From Octopus vulgaris (lineage: Eukaryota): DNA of 64,000 nucleotides. Location: the NCBI GenBank assembly GCA_951406725.2, contig OX597826.1, positions 15,872,001 to 15,936,000 on the forward strand, given 5' to 3'. Made by a program: the position numbers and the translations under genes. Position 1 is the stretch's first letter; each line of letters begins with the position of its first letter. This document shows, one piece after another, positions 23,273 to 36,269 of this stretch. The notes below the pieces were generated by a model. The model was not told the DNA's origin. It ran no database searches and saw only the letters and a program-made list of their open reading frames with translations.

Positions 23273-24988
23273 ATAATGTTACTTTGTAAATTAAAATCAA
23301 ATAACTTTTAATATTCAAATTTTATCCTTAGCTGCAATATTTTAAGTAAAACTTTTCTTGCTCTGTACTTTACCAGATGTAATAAATTGTCCTTATCTTT
23401 TCCATATGTAATGACTTGTCCTGTAATTTTTCAGGTTTATAATGTTGAGAATATTACTTTTCTTGCTCGCATTTTTCCTTGTAATCCATGTTTGTTTTTG
23501 CAGGCTATGTTATTATGCTAAGTAATAATGGGACAAATGTGTCAATTAGCGGTGTCCTTGATAATTTTATCCTTACCTTAATGATACCGGTAGCATATAT
23601 TAAAAGTCCTCTTATTCAAAAAAATATATAGAACGATATTATCACCCTCAAATTTGAGAAACAAACACTCATAACTTTTAAAATGTAACTGCATGAGATT
23701 GGAACCATGAAATCCCCAGAAGTGACCTCTATCTTTAAAGCTAAATTAAAATATAGTTTGTTTTCAAAACAGAAAAGTTAATTATACTTAAAATCATTTT
23801 TCTCGCTATATTTTTTCGTGATATTTTACCTCACAACTTTTTGATACAAATTTTTTGTTGCATGGAAGCAAATCTAAGTAATTCTTCATGCTTTCTACTA
23901 TGATTGAAGTTGAGATAAATATATTTAGCTTTAAAAAAAGTTATTTGGATATAAACTTTATTGGTGGCGTGATTTATTCTCCTATAACGTCGCTACAAAT
24001 TTTGATGTAAACTTTTTTCTACTGGATCAAATCAGTCCCCTTCAAAACTCTTAACAGTGTTCCATTTGATTAAGAACTGAATTAGCAACAAGCTCTGAAG
24101 ATACTGCGTGTGAGTAAATTGCGCCCTTATGAACATTATTCAACTATTACCGTAGATGAATTAATCATACATACACACATACATATACACATACATACAG
24201 GTAACTAAATATATGTATTATTTTATATTATTTGCAATCAAGAAAGTGGACAGCGTTTCCAATAAAAAGAAAACGAGCAATTTGTTACTGAGCTTGACAA
24301 AAAGAGATTCCACTATCCTCTACAAGCATTTATGTCTGACCATAAACTTTAGGATGATATGAAAGTTTGAGTAGAATATTTCTTTCTTATCCGTTAGTTA
24401 TTGATGATGCGCCGATCGTAATAAAATAAGAACACATAATGCAACACAAAGCGAACTCTTATGCAGCAAGACAACGCAAGAGCCCACACGGCTCGAGCGA
24501 CTCTGAAAGGATCATGAAAGAATCGAACTGATATCACACCGAGCATATAGTCCGGACATATAGCTCCGTTCGATTATTACTTGTTCGGTTCCATGACTCA
24601 ATTGCTGCGCTCACGACGCTTCATGAATGGGGACGGCTGCTTCAGGGACTGTTATCAGCGTCTCATCACGGAAATGGAAGAATGGTGGCTTTTGACAGTG
24701 CACACGATGGCTTCCACTATGAATACTAGGCCGCTTTTGTTGTAACTTCACGAACATAGCAAATAAATTACCAAAATATTTCAAAAAATATACTCAACGC
24801 TATATTTTGATAACTGTTTATCTGCTCTTCATTTGACTAAATATTCTGTGGAAACATGGAACAAGTTAATCGCTGCGCATACTAGGAACAGGGGATGAGA
24901 TCTAAGAGAAGTTGAAAATGACTTCTATTCATTTAGGCCTTAGTTGGTCAGCTGAGATAATGTAGATTAATATTGCCAAGTTTATACC

Positions 24989-25215
24989 TATTTCTTTATT
25001 ACCCACAAGGGGATAAACACAGAGGGGACAAACAAGGACAGACATAGGTATTAAGTTGATTACATCGACCCCAGTTCGTAACTGGTACTTAATTTATCGA
25101 CCCCGAAAGGATGCAAGGCAAAGTCGACCTCGGCGGAATTTGAACTCACAACGTAACGCAGACGAAATACCGCTAAGCATTTCGCCCGGCGTGCTAACGT
25201 TTCTGCCAGCTTACT
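24989..25215 (-). mobile_element. SINE family A, full length, with 15-bp TSD
   Basis: Reverse complement GCTGGCAGAAACGTTAGCACGCCGGGCG...GAGTTCAAATTCCGCC. TSD TGCCAAG(T/G)TTATACC at 24974-24988 and 25218-25232. Confidence 0.9.
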
Positions 25216-25813
25216 GCTGCCAAGGTTATACCAACGATTTCATTCATTTCTAGGCGCCAAATTACAACTAGATGATTGCATGATTTTTGCGCTACATCCA
25301 ACACAGGCTACGGCAAGTTGCTGCCTGCGACATCTCTTCTTTGTAATGGGTGCCACACAGAGTGTGGCAGAACATTGGAATAAGCAATCAACTCACTTTT
25401 CGTATAGTGGAGCCGGAACAACTCTGCAGCACCAGTAAACAAATATGATGGCTTCGGTGCCAGGTTGACCAGCATTTACTTGTTCTGGCCCATTTGAGGT
25501 AAGACATTATTATTGTTCACTGATATATTTTCCAATCTTGTCTGTAATAGATTTGTGACTATTCGGTGGTACAGAAGTATTTTTCGACTATCATTAGCGA
25601 TATAGGTACTCATGTAGTATCCTTGTGTATATATGTACATATCTAATATTGTATGTATATATTTCATTAATTTACCTGTACGGCTGATAATTTGCTTACA
25701 ACTTCTGATGATATTTTAATGATGCCATCCCTATATTTATTTATATATAAGTATGTATGTATATAAACATATATGTATGTATGTATACACACGAACACAC
25801 ACACATACATACA

Positions 25814-25868
<55 letters not shown>

Positions 25869-25889
25869 TTATATATATATTATATACAT

Positions 25890-26145
25890 ATATCTTCTCT
25901 GCCACGAATTCACAACGACCTCGAACCAAAAAGAGTAAACAAGAGTGACAGAGACAGGTAGAAACACGGAAAATGCAACTTTTATTTTAATACTATGCAA
26001 ATATTCTTTTAAAATACTTTTCATTTAATTTTTCCAAAATTTAATTGTTTTCCATACTTACAGTTGAAAAAGTATCAATGACAGAAGCCGGTACTGGAAT
26101 GTTTTTTTATAAAATTATTTTACCATTATCAACCTTGAGTTTTTT
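25890..26145 (+). mobile_element. Solo pseudo-LTR of the 18420-20295 PLE family with decayed hammerhead
   Basis: Homologous to 20050-20295. CAG|TTGAAAA|...|GAAG|CCG|GTA|CTG at 26061-26096. Confidence 0.7.
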
Positions 26146-26989
26146 CGTATATACATATATATATACATGTCTATACTTCGTTTTGGGATTTGGTTTGCAA
26201 GATTCTTTATGTGAGTTCGTGTGTTGAATCATATTTTGTTTTGTCGAGAGAGCATCATTCTCTAATAGTGCCTTATAATTTAACACACTCACCGGTAAAG
26301 TTTCCACTCATTTATTTATTTATTTTTCCCAAAGTTTTCGTTGCGTCTTGCAACCTATTCAAAGTCGTTCACGTTGTCCGTTATCCGAGCTGCGCTCTTT
26401 TGTCTGTTTGTGCACGTGTGAGGGTCAGTGTGCGTGCGCATACACATGAATGTCTGTATATATGTATGCATGTATGTGTGTATGCATGTATGTGTATGTG
26501 CGTATGTATATATATATGTACGTTTGTATGTATGTGTTCTGCATATATATGTGTTTGTGTTTTTCGTGTGTGTTCTTGTGTTTGCCTCTGTGTGTGTGTA
26601 CCTCTGTCTGTCGCCTTGCGTGTGCATGTCTGTGTATGTCAGTGTACGGGATATTTAGACTATGCACTGTATCAGCATGTATGGATGTATGTCTCTATAT
26701 GTGTCCCTGTGTGAATTGAAATGTGTGTGTATATGGCCATGTGTTTCAGTCTTCATTTCGTATGTATGTGTACATGTGTGCTTGTCTGTTCATATTTCCC
26801 ATATTTCTCATCAGTCTGTATGTCTCTGTGTTACATTCATATCCATTTGCCTACATACATGGATATATAATATACGTATACATACACACACATACATACA
26901 TCTATCTGACAGCCCACTAACTATTCTACATGTATGTAAATATAAACTGTGGGAATGGGGGTATGATTACCTATTGCGTTTATTTTCTA

Positions 26990-27525
26990 TTTAAAACTGG
27001 AGATGTTTCCTTTATGAAAACGTCGTCCTGTATTTTCTGAGTGTAGGGTCTTTTGGGTGCTTGGATAAAATGCGGATGTCAATGTGACCCAGGTTGCCCC
27101 CATGTTGGTCCTTGGCATTTTTGTATCATATAGAGGGAGGCCAAATTCTCTTGCAAGCCAATGATCGACCACATCTTGCACAAAGAACGCTACACAAGTT
27201 ACAGGGACTGAACTTGGAAGTTCTCTGTCATCTACCATATTCACCAGACATTGCACAAACTGACTAACAGGATTTTCTAGCATTAGACAACTTTTTGCAA
27301 GGAAAAAACTTCAAATCTGAAGATGTTAAAACAGCCTTTCATGGTTTCATTACCTCTTGCTCTCCAGAATTCCTCGCTGCCGGCATAATTAAGCTACCAA
27401 TACAATAACAAAATTGTGTTCATAATTTAGGTGCATACTTTGATCAAGTGGATTGCTTTTAGGTGATATAGAGTAAAATATACTTTCAGTTCAAAATCGA
27501 GAGTTACATTCTGAATTACCTGATA
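26990..27525 (+). mobile_element. mariner-family transposase remnant with right end
   Basis: Plus strand from about 27140: PILLQANDRPH...LEVLCHLPYSPDIAQTD...LDNFLQGKNF...GIIKLP...GAYFD, typical of a DD34D mariner C-terminus. Ends ...GAATTACCTGATA. Confidence 0.85.
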
Positions 27526-27699
27526 CAAATACTTGTTGAAGTTGTTGAAATTCCACTTGAGAAAAAACTCGGATCTAGGTTAGAAACCTGTTCTTTTTCT
27601 ATTGGCAAATGATTTTGAAATAAAACTGAATAACATAAATACCCACATCCATATCACGTACACATACATAGTGATCGATGTTTGCACGTAAAAATTATA

Positions 27700-28080
27700 C
27701 ACTTCTTTTCGTACCTTTATCTTGCCTTGGTTTGTAGTTGGGGCTTTCCACATGCGCCTTCAATGTTCTTGTATCTCAACCAAGCTTGTCTGCTAATTCT
27801 CCCAGATATGTCTTCTGCGAGACCTGCAACATTCCGCGTCTTCTCCATAACTGTCAGTTTTCATTTCAGGGGCATTTTCCTAAATCCTGCAATAAAGTGT
27901 GACACAGTTGAAAGCACTTCGAAATACGTAACTCAGCATAACATTGTATGTAGAATATCAATATGAATGAAATGTTCACTGCGTTCGTACCTCTACATAG
28001 GACCTTTCAGTGGACCAAGTTTCACGCTAGTACACACTTTAATATGTTTAATATTCAAAATATCAAGAAATATTTGACCT
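27700..28080 (-). mobile_element. Possible Tc1-like 5' fragment (HTH start)
   Basis: Reverse strand KLTVMEKTRNVAGLAEDIS resembles a Tc1 N-terminal HTH. Weak. Confidence 0.3.
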
Positions 28081-28109
28081 ACAATAAAGTTTATATATGT
28101 ATATATATG

Positions 28110-28172
<63 letters not shown>

Positions 28173-28189
28173 GTGTATGTGTGTGTATG

Positions 28190-28225
<36 letters not shown>

Positions 28226-28939
28226 TATATATATATATATATGAATAGGAAATAGAAATATACAATTGTCAATTCAAAAATTAAAATTTATTAATATAAT
28301 ATTATATCATATTCTTATAATAATATAATATAATATAATAAATAATAAATATTAAATACAAATTACATAGAATGTTTTCGATTCTTAACCAGAATAAAAT
28401 TATAAAAATCCATTTTTTTGTGAGTAAGAATCTCTTTGATATATGAGCATGCACAGATCCAAGAGAAGACTCAATTTAAATATATTTGTTTTCAACCGTG
28501 AGCGACAATAAAACAAAACAAAGATTTTAAAATAAAATATAAAGTAATATATCTGTCGTAAAATATATCTGTATACTATTAAGTATTTTAATCAAAATAT
28601 ATCTTAGTGCACTATTTTCTTAAAAATGCCTGGACCAATATTTAAAAAAAAAAGATTTTAAGAAATATTTTAAAATCTTAATGTCGAAATAAAAAATAAC
28701 CCTGTCATATTTTGATATTATTAAGAGACATGTTATTAAAATAACATTACGCTATTTATCTATAGGTAAATAGCAAAATGATATATTTAAAATAATTTAT
28801 TATCTCTAGTCAAATAGCAAATAATATTATAAATTACAAGTGTAGAGGAAACACACTCACACACACACACACACGCACAAGCATATACACACACAGGGTA
28901 ATTTTTATAATATATCAGATTGATATCTGTTAACTCATT

Positions 28940-30100
28940 TTTGTTATATCTGCAGCACGCCAAATGAAGTCTCAAGAGAGAAGGGAGATGAGACTATCAC
29001 AAGAGCAGCAAAGGCATGCTGCATTACGACAAATGAAGCCTCAAGACAGAAGCGAGATGAGAATTTCTCAAGATCAGAAAATGCATGATGCAGAACGTCA
29101 AAATGCAGTCTCTAGACATGAGCGACATGACACTTTCTCAAGATCAGCAAGTGCATGCTGCAGCATGTCAGATGGAATCTCAATACAGAAGGGAGATGAG
29201 ACTTACCTAAAATTTCCCAATGAATCTAGGAACATGCGCTGCTCAGGTGGTACGGTAAGATTACCAGCACTACAAGCTCCTCCTCAAACTCTTATTGATC
29301 TTCAAGAAGCCACTTCCATACAATCAAAGGATTGTCTGAACATTATCAGACAATATACATCTGCATTTCAAGGGCACGTCTGTCACCTAATTTCTTCCCT
29401 GTTATCCGCAAATGAAAAACTACGCTTCCTTCAAATTTAGTCCGTGTGTCATGTAGGGCAGCACACCCGAAGAGGGTATCTAAACTTCAGACGATGAGCC
29501 GTGTAAGGCGCAGTGCCTACTGCCCAAAGGGGGGACACATCCACTGACAGCTTTTCAGCGCGTTCAGAAATCAAATAGCCCCCCACCAATTTCCAAGACA
29601 ACTTAGAACCTGAATATACTCCAAACAGAGGAATGAAATGTCGCTTAGTCCAATTAGACCATCATTTACGCCAGAAAAGTGTTGTCGTCAATGCTGCACA
29701 TTCCCGTATCACCTGTTACAACATAACTGTAATATATATATATAGGCGTAGCAGTGTCTGTGTGGTAAGTAGCTTGCTTATAAACCACAGGGTTTCGGGT
29801 TCAGTCCCACTGCGGGGCACCTTGGGGAAGTGTATTCTACTATAGCCTCGGGCCGACCAAAGCCTTGTGAGTGGATATGGTAGACGGAAACTGAAAGAAG
29901 CCCAGGTGCCACGCAGTGGGACTGAATCCGGAACCCTGTCGTTCGTAAGCAAGCTGCTTACCACACAGCCACTCCTACGCCTATATATATATATATATAT
30001 ATATATTACAGTTATGTTGTAACAGGTGATACGAGAATGTAAAGCATTGACGACAAACTATGCCATTTTAATCCCGGGCAACATTGGGCGTCTCTGCTAG
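28940..30100 (+). mobile_element. Helitron remnant (RepHel N-terminal fragment and 3' terminus)
   Basis: ORF 28964-29440 has E..E.R..RL repeats, LKFPNES...CSGGTVRLP.L..PP, IRQYTSAFQ and GHVCHLISSLL...FLQI. 3' end CCCGGGCAACATTGGG hairpin plus CTAG at 30073-30100. Confidence 0.85.
29744..29903 (+). mobile_element. SINE family B head inside the Helitron, with an inverted partial copy at 29901-29982
   Basis: GGCGTAGCAGTGTCTGTGTGGTAAG...GGGTTCAGTCCCACTGCG...GGAAACTGAAAGAAGCCC. Confidence 0.85.
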
Positions 30101-30217
30101 GACATGTATATATATAAGTATGTTTGTATGTATGTATGTATGTTTGTATGTATGTATGTATGCATGTATGCATGCATGTATGTATGTAAGTATGTATTAT
30201 GTATATATGTATATGTA

Positions 30218-30418
30218 TAGGGAGAATTCACAAAAACAAAAGTCGAAGATAGGTGGTGTAGAAAACAAACAGATGTACTAGTATAAAGCTCAGGAATTGA
30301 AAAAGTCTTTAATGTTTCGAGCCTACGCTCTTCCACAGAAAGGAACACAGAAAGAAACAAGGAGAGAAACAAGGAGAGAAAATATGTTTGTGTAGTGGCT
30401 AGCGATCTATTACGGCGA

Positions 30419-30420
<2 letters not shown>
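30218..30420 (-). mobile_element. Pseudo-LTR-like repeat family J
   Basis: Reverse complement CTTT|CTGTGGA|A|GAGC-GTAG-GCTC|GAAA|C|ATT|AAAG at about 30307-30342. Confidence 0.75.
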
Positions 30421-30492
<72 letters not shown>

Positions 30493-31148
30493 CGAAAGAA
30501 TATTTTTGCACAATTGTTTGTCAGTGCTCATGTCAAACCCGAGATGCTAGACATTATATGACTTGGTTTAAGAAGTAACATTCTCCCATCATCCTACACA
30601 AGAAATTGTTTTTCCTATATAAACGTGAATGACGTAAATGTGGTCTGTATCTGATAGAGTAGCCGACGACCAACATAATCTAACCTAAATTTTCTCTTTC
30701 TCTCACATTCTTCAAACTTAATTATCTATTTCCTTACTCCTGATGAAGGAGACATTGTCAGTGTGAAACTAAAGGATTCATACCCTGTAGACTAATGGAC
30801 TCAAGCAAAGGGCCGTCGAAATACCTCTCATATGGTGCTATAACCCTCTATATACCCTTCTTTAGAACTCTTAAATCCATCGTTAAGGTTTCTCACTGCC
30901 ACCGAGGTATCTTGCAACTATTAATTGTTAATGCAACGTTTTTAATCTGAAATTTAATATGATTTTTAATCGATATAACATCCTTTATTTCTTTATTCCT
31001 TTGAGGTATATTTTTTACCGCATGTAATTCTGCTTCTATTTTAAATAATATATTGATATGTTCCTTCTCTTGAGTTATATGTATTTATTATTTTATGTAA
31101 ATCATAACTATACAATGATTATCTAAATTTGCCTCTACTTAAACGAAG

Positions 31149-31212
<64 letters not shown>

Positions 31213-31578
31213 TGCGTATATATTCGGATAAATATTTGTAGAAATAAATACATCTATAAAATAAAGGTAAAAATAATTATTAAATAATTTATAAATTTAA
31301 AACCTGCTAACAATAAGAAATAATTACATCTAATATAGAAATATAACGTAACATAATGGAATCTAAATAAGCGTTATTATCAGATAATTTTCTCATAATA
31401 TAATTTGAGATTAATCAATCTTTAGTATTATATTAATGAAATATTGACAATAAAAACATGATTCTAATCAATTTACAAGGTAATAAAATAATAATAGTAT
31501 ACTTACATATACATACATACATACACACACATATATATATAAAAATTATGAATCTAAAACTAGATATATACATATACA

Positions 31579-31622
<44 letters not shown>

Positions 31623-31648
31623 CACGCATACATGCATGCGTCTACACA

Positions 31649-31713
<65 letters not shown>

Positions 31714-31927
31714 GGACGGTGAGCCGGCAGAATCGTTAGCACATCGGGTGAATTGCTTAGTGGTATTTCGTCAACCGTTACATACTGAGTTCAAGTTCCC
31801 CGAGGTCTGCTTTGCCTTTCATCTCTTCTGGGTCGGTTACCGATTACGCACTGGGGTCGATGTAATCGACTTAACTCATTTGTCTGTTCTTGTTAGCCCT
31901 CTCCATATTTAGCCCCCTGTGGTTAAT
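31714..31927 (+). mobile_element. SINE family A
   Basis: GGACGGTGAGCCGGCAGAATCGTTAGCAC...GAGTTCAAGTTCC...GCACTGGGGTCGATGTAATCGAC. Confidence 0.85.
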
Positions 31928-31999
31928 ATATATATATTTGTCCTAGCACAAAAAAATAGTCAATAGACTATATATTATTCACATAAAAATATCGTGTAC

Positions 32000-33940
32000 A
32001 TTAGAACACATTAAGAGGCCTCCAAATGGGAAAGCCTTGTGCTAGAAAGAGCAGTGGAAAACTCAAACCACTAATTATGGATAAATTCTCGAAAGGATTG
32101 AAAATTAAAATCTTTTACCATCTAATTTAGTTCCTAGACCAGGATTTCTAACTCATTCCAGCAAAAAAATATTCACTGAGGCTAGTGTCGTCAGTAGGAA
32201 GCCTTTAGGCTTCAAATATACACACAACTAGATTCGCCTATACACCATTTGCCTGTATATCCTAATTTTTCAAAACAACCGCGTCGATACAGTTTATTTC
32301 CGGCGACAGAGAGGATGCCGGTAAAAATTTCGACCAAATCTAGATTTGTCCCTATCTAGCTGTCTATGTTTTTGTAGGCTTTTGGCAACAGATGAACTGA
32401 GTTGGTGGATTTCCCCTTCATTATGTTTTTAGTGATTTTGATGTACCGGTCAAAAATAGCGGAGTCTATTTCTAGCTAATGAAATGTTTGCCTCTGTCTC
32501 ATTGTTAGTCTGCGGTGGGATAAATACCCTTTTCTTGATGGGTACATTTGTGGGGTAGATCCTCATCATGTCGTATGATTTGTTGTTGGGGTTATAGAAA
32601 ACAGATTATAGGATGCAACTGGTGTTACTATCGTTATGGTTATTGTTGCTAGTGTTGCTGGCATTGTTGCCGCTGGCGGAGGTGCTAGTAGTGCTTATGT
32701 TGTGTTCATTGTTATTGTTGTTGTTTTGGTGGATTTTGTTTTTATTGTTGTGGTTAGTCTTGATGTTGGTGGCGGTGTGGATGATGTAGTTGCTATTGCT
32801 GTCTGTGTGTGCGGCGTTGCGGATATTGTTGTCATCGTTGTGATTATCATCTCTATAGCTGTTGTTTTGGTTTCGTATATCTGTGTTGTCGTTGTTATAG
32901 TTGTTTGTATAAATTTGCTTTTTCTCACAAAAGATTCTTCTAAAATATAGATGCGTCTTGTGCGAAAGTGCATCATATACCGAAATATACGTGAAATACT
33001 GTGTACCCTATGTATAAATATCAGGTACACAAAAGATGCAGTGGAACCTTAGGTGGGTTAGCAGAGAAATATAACCTGAAAAATGCTTGATATACTGGAA
33101 TAGTTAGTTGTAGAGGTATATGAGGATATGATGAACCACTGAAATGGCTCATTATATGTGCAAGATAGTGTATACAACTTGAGTGATCTAATTAGTATTG
33201 GGGAAAGGTGTAGAGAAAGCAGGTTAGCTAGAACATGAAAGAGATATAATATGATCAAAGAGGTATTGCCTTGTTAATGACAAGGGGTTTTGCCATAGAT
33301 ATAAAAGGTAAACTATATGAAATAATTTGTGTAATACAGATACAGAATAAAAGTTGTAGAATTGAAATGAGGTATGTTAGATGTATGTGAACTGACATGG
33401 AATACTGAATACAAGTTTAACTAAAAATGTTGTTGTTGTTATTGTCACAATTGTTGGTGTCATTAACATTGTTATTGCTATTATTGTTTTTGTATTGTCC
33501 TAACCATCTTATTTTTAAGAACGTTTATTTTTTTTTCTTAATCTCAGATAGACAATAAATTTTTCTGACACTCTTTTATGTAGCGAATGTCGGTGGTGAC
33601 TCTAAGGCATGCATTTGATCCGTATCTAGCTGCACTGCACTGTATATTCCAGGAGTGTAAATATTGCTTTCTTTTATGGTGGTTGAAGTTGTATTGTTTT
33701 TCGGTGTTCTGGCACCGAAATCCTGTGGTGGTTTACATTCCGATATGGCAATTCCGTCTGTGTTGATTCTTGCCAAGCTGAGATCGTTGTAGTTGCTGTT
33801 TTATCCACTTGAGTTTGTTCTTAAAATGTTTGTTACAGGCATGGTTTACGAAGTGGTATCCTTGTTGGATGTTTGTTATGAAACTGTTTCTTTCGTGTGG
33901 TGTAGTGGTGCTTTCAGTTCATGCAGCAGGACCCTATTTC
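32000..33940 (-). pseudogene. Possible decayed LINE 5' region (Thr-rich ORF1-like tract followed by an APE-like remnant)
   Basis: Minus-strand Thr-rich frames (32695-33030, 33576-33776) broken by stops. GILSVAGNKL near 32300 loosely resembles the APE motif DI..LQETK. Confidence 0.25.
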
Positions 33941-33945
33941 GCTTT

Positions 33946-34240
33946 CGGCACGTGGCTTCGTGGTTAGTGCATTGGACCGTATGATTGTGGTTTCACTTTC
34001 TAGGCCAAGCAATGCTCGTGTTCTCGAGCGAAACGTTTTATTTCACATTGCTCTAGTCCACGTAGCTAGCAACTAATAAGCTGCACCCGTATTTGAAAAG
34101 GGTCAACCTCGTCACATTTCCCATCACGCCGAATCTTCCTGTTTGCGCGTTTGTGTAATTCTCAGCATCTTACAAATTAACTTCACGAGCAGGCTGTTCC
34201 GTTGACAGGATAAACTGGAACACTCGCCGTTCTAACTTTT
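33946..34240 (+). mobile_element. Diverged tRNA-derived SINE related to family D
   Basis: GGCACGTGGCTTCGTGGTTAG head and TTTTATTTCACATTGCTCTAGTCCA core similar to 9637-9980. Confidence 0.6.
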
Positions 34241-35479
34241 AGGAGATATAAACCCATCCTCGTCAATTTTCAAGAGAGTTTATCGCTAAGTGAATGAATT
34301 CCGCAATGCCAATCCTTTCCGCAGGTTCAGGTGACCATAAATTTATATGTCACCAATTTCAGCCAATATTTACTCAGTTTGGACATTACTAACATTTCGG
34401 GCCGTGTTACATAACGTTGTATAACTTATTCCTCAAACACGTCTGTTTAAAACAATTTTTGAATTGCTACTTTTTTCTCCTGTATGGCAATGATAATGAG
34501 GACACAATTCCTTTGTTACCTTTTAGACTTTAATCTTTAAACTTTGGAGTAATATTTCAAAGAAATTTTTATATTTGTTTTCTATTATTTATGATTTCCA
34601 CAATGTCACCACTCTTAAGCTCAAAAGATATGAAAGCTTTCCAGTCATTTATCAAGTCGAAATCACGTTCACAATGAAAATTTGAAAGCTCACCGATGAT
34701 GGCATTTCTTTCTTCAAGTCAAAACAAAATACAGATAGCAGTTTTGGAAAAGTCAGTATACGAAAGATTATTATGAATGGAGAACATAATCTCAACATAT
34801 TGTCATGTTACACCAAATGAATCCATACACAGCAATGAAATATGAATGGTGTCAAGACCTTTTCAATATCTACAATCGTGGGCTGCAGTATCTGCTTTTA
34901 CTATTTTATCTTCATGGCGTTAAAGCGGTTCCTCGCTATCATTCTGTTTTAGCTGTTTCTGCTCTACAGCTTTTCTTTACTGTCACGCTATTTCAAAATA
35001 GCTATATTCTATACCTGCTAATGTCCTATCGAAAGACAAGCGCATGCTTGGCATTGGAGTATATTAATCTTAGTTTACAAAGAATAATGTGAAACAGATA
35101 TAATATTAAGGATGTTATTACTCTCGATACGAGAATGATTCTATATCTAATCCTTTCAAAAATATTACTCCTAACTTTTAATTATTATCCGACTGGGTTA
35201 CAGACACAGCTGATGATTTGAACATCTGCGTTGTTTTCGAGATTCTTTCATAATTTATCAAGATACGAAACCTTCGCTAGATATACATGTGTGCGCGTAT
35301 TTTTGTATTTGTGTCGGAATAAACACACACACTCACACAAGCATGCATACGAATATAGGTATATATACACACACATATATATATATATATACAAATATAT
35401 AGGTATCTCTCTCTCTCCCCTCTCTCTATATATAGAGAGAGAGAAAGAGAGAGAGGAATGTGAAATATATATATATATG

Positions 35480-35988
35480 CATAGAGGAAAGAAACTCGGC
35501 GACAGGTGGTCCTCAAAGGAGAAACCCCCTTTAGGCAAGTGTTTCGGACCTTAACTCCTGACACTCGAAGGGGCCACATCTAAGTCATGACTCTCGGATG
35601 TCCACCTGCTTTCCATTTTAGTATGCCTTAGCTGGGATGGGTTTCTCTGGCTTCTAGCACTGCTGTGACGTATGCTGCGACCCTGAGAAGGGATAAGTAC
35701 CCGTTTCAAGCTGCGAGCGCTCGGACGGCTCAGGTGTGAATGTTCTTTTCTCTCACGGTCCCAGCGGGATTCAAACCCGGATCGTCGGCTATAGAGGCGC
35801 AGGCCTACACGACTACGCCAATGTGGCACTCGCTTGAATTGGGGCAAATTAAGCTTATGTAGTTGGCTTTTGTTTCTCCTAGACCAGATCCAACTTGAGG
35901 CCTTCTCTGCCGTTTCTCCTACGGCCCTTAAGGCTCTAGCCTTGCTTCTGACACACATGGACAGCTGTTTCATGAGGCTGTTGGCAGA
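35480..35988 (-). mobile_element. 3' end of a HERO-like REL LINE followed by a tRNA-like segment and a structured tail
   Basis: KARALRAVGETAEKASSWIWSRRN resembles the AE.AS.W.W..R C-terminus of HERO-type LINEs (recalled motif). tRNA-like A box TGGCGTAGTCG and B box GGTTTGAATCC at about 35755-35830. Confidence 0.65.
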
Positions 35989-35994
35989 TATATA

Positions 35995-36155
35995 TATAGT
36001 TGGAATTTACAGAAAACAAATAAAACAAAAGACGTAGACGGGTGTGTAAACAACAAACAAATATATTAATTTAACACCCGGCTAAGTGAGAAAGTACGTT
36101 TGGGCCTACGCTCTTCAACATAAAAAAACACAGAAATAAAGAGAGAGAAATCATG
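35995..36155 (-). mobile_element. Pseudo-LTR-like repeat family J
   Basis: Reverse complement TGTTGAAGAGCGTAGGCCCAAACGTAC at about 36094-36120. Confidence 0.6.
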
Positions 36156-36269
36156 ATACACACACATATATACATTACATATGCCATAACGTCTGAAAAT
36201 CTAACGGAGGCCTCAAGAAACATTTTAATATCCACAAAGATCAGAAAGCTCTTGGTGGTCCAAATCAGA

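Larger units (their letters stand above)
21592..23492. repeat. Old long inverted repeat (outer arms about 21592-21776 and 23296-23492)
   Basis: Example: GGAAAAGTTCAGGACAAATTTTTACATGTGGTAAAGTACA versus the reverse complement GGAAAAGATAAGGACAATTTATTACATCTGGTAAAGTACA. Clearly homologous but diverged. Confidence 0.75.

Noticed and set aside
30736-30840. CTGATGAAGG...GAAAC hammerhead-like text
   Set aside because: I could not form convincing stems I-III. At best a badly decayed copy.
32636-33030. Mucin-like Thr-rich exon or hydrophobic membrane protein
   Set aside because: Low-complexity (ACA)n-derived tract with in-frame stops and no clear splice sites.
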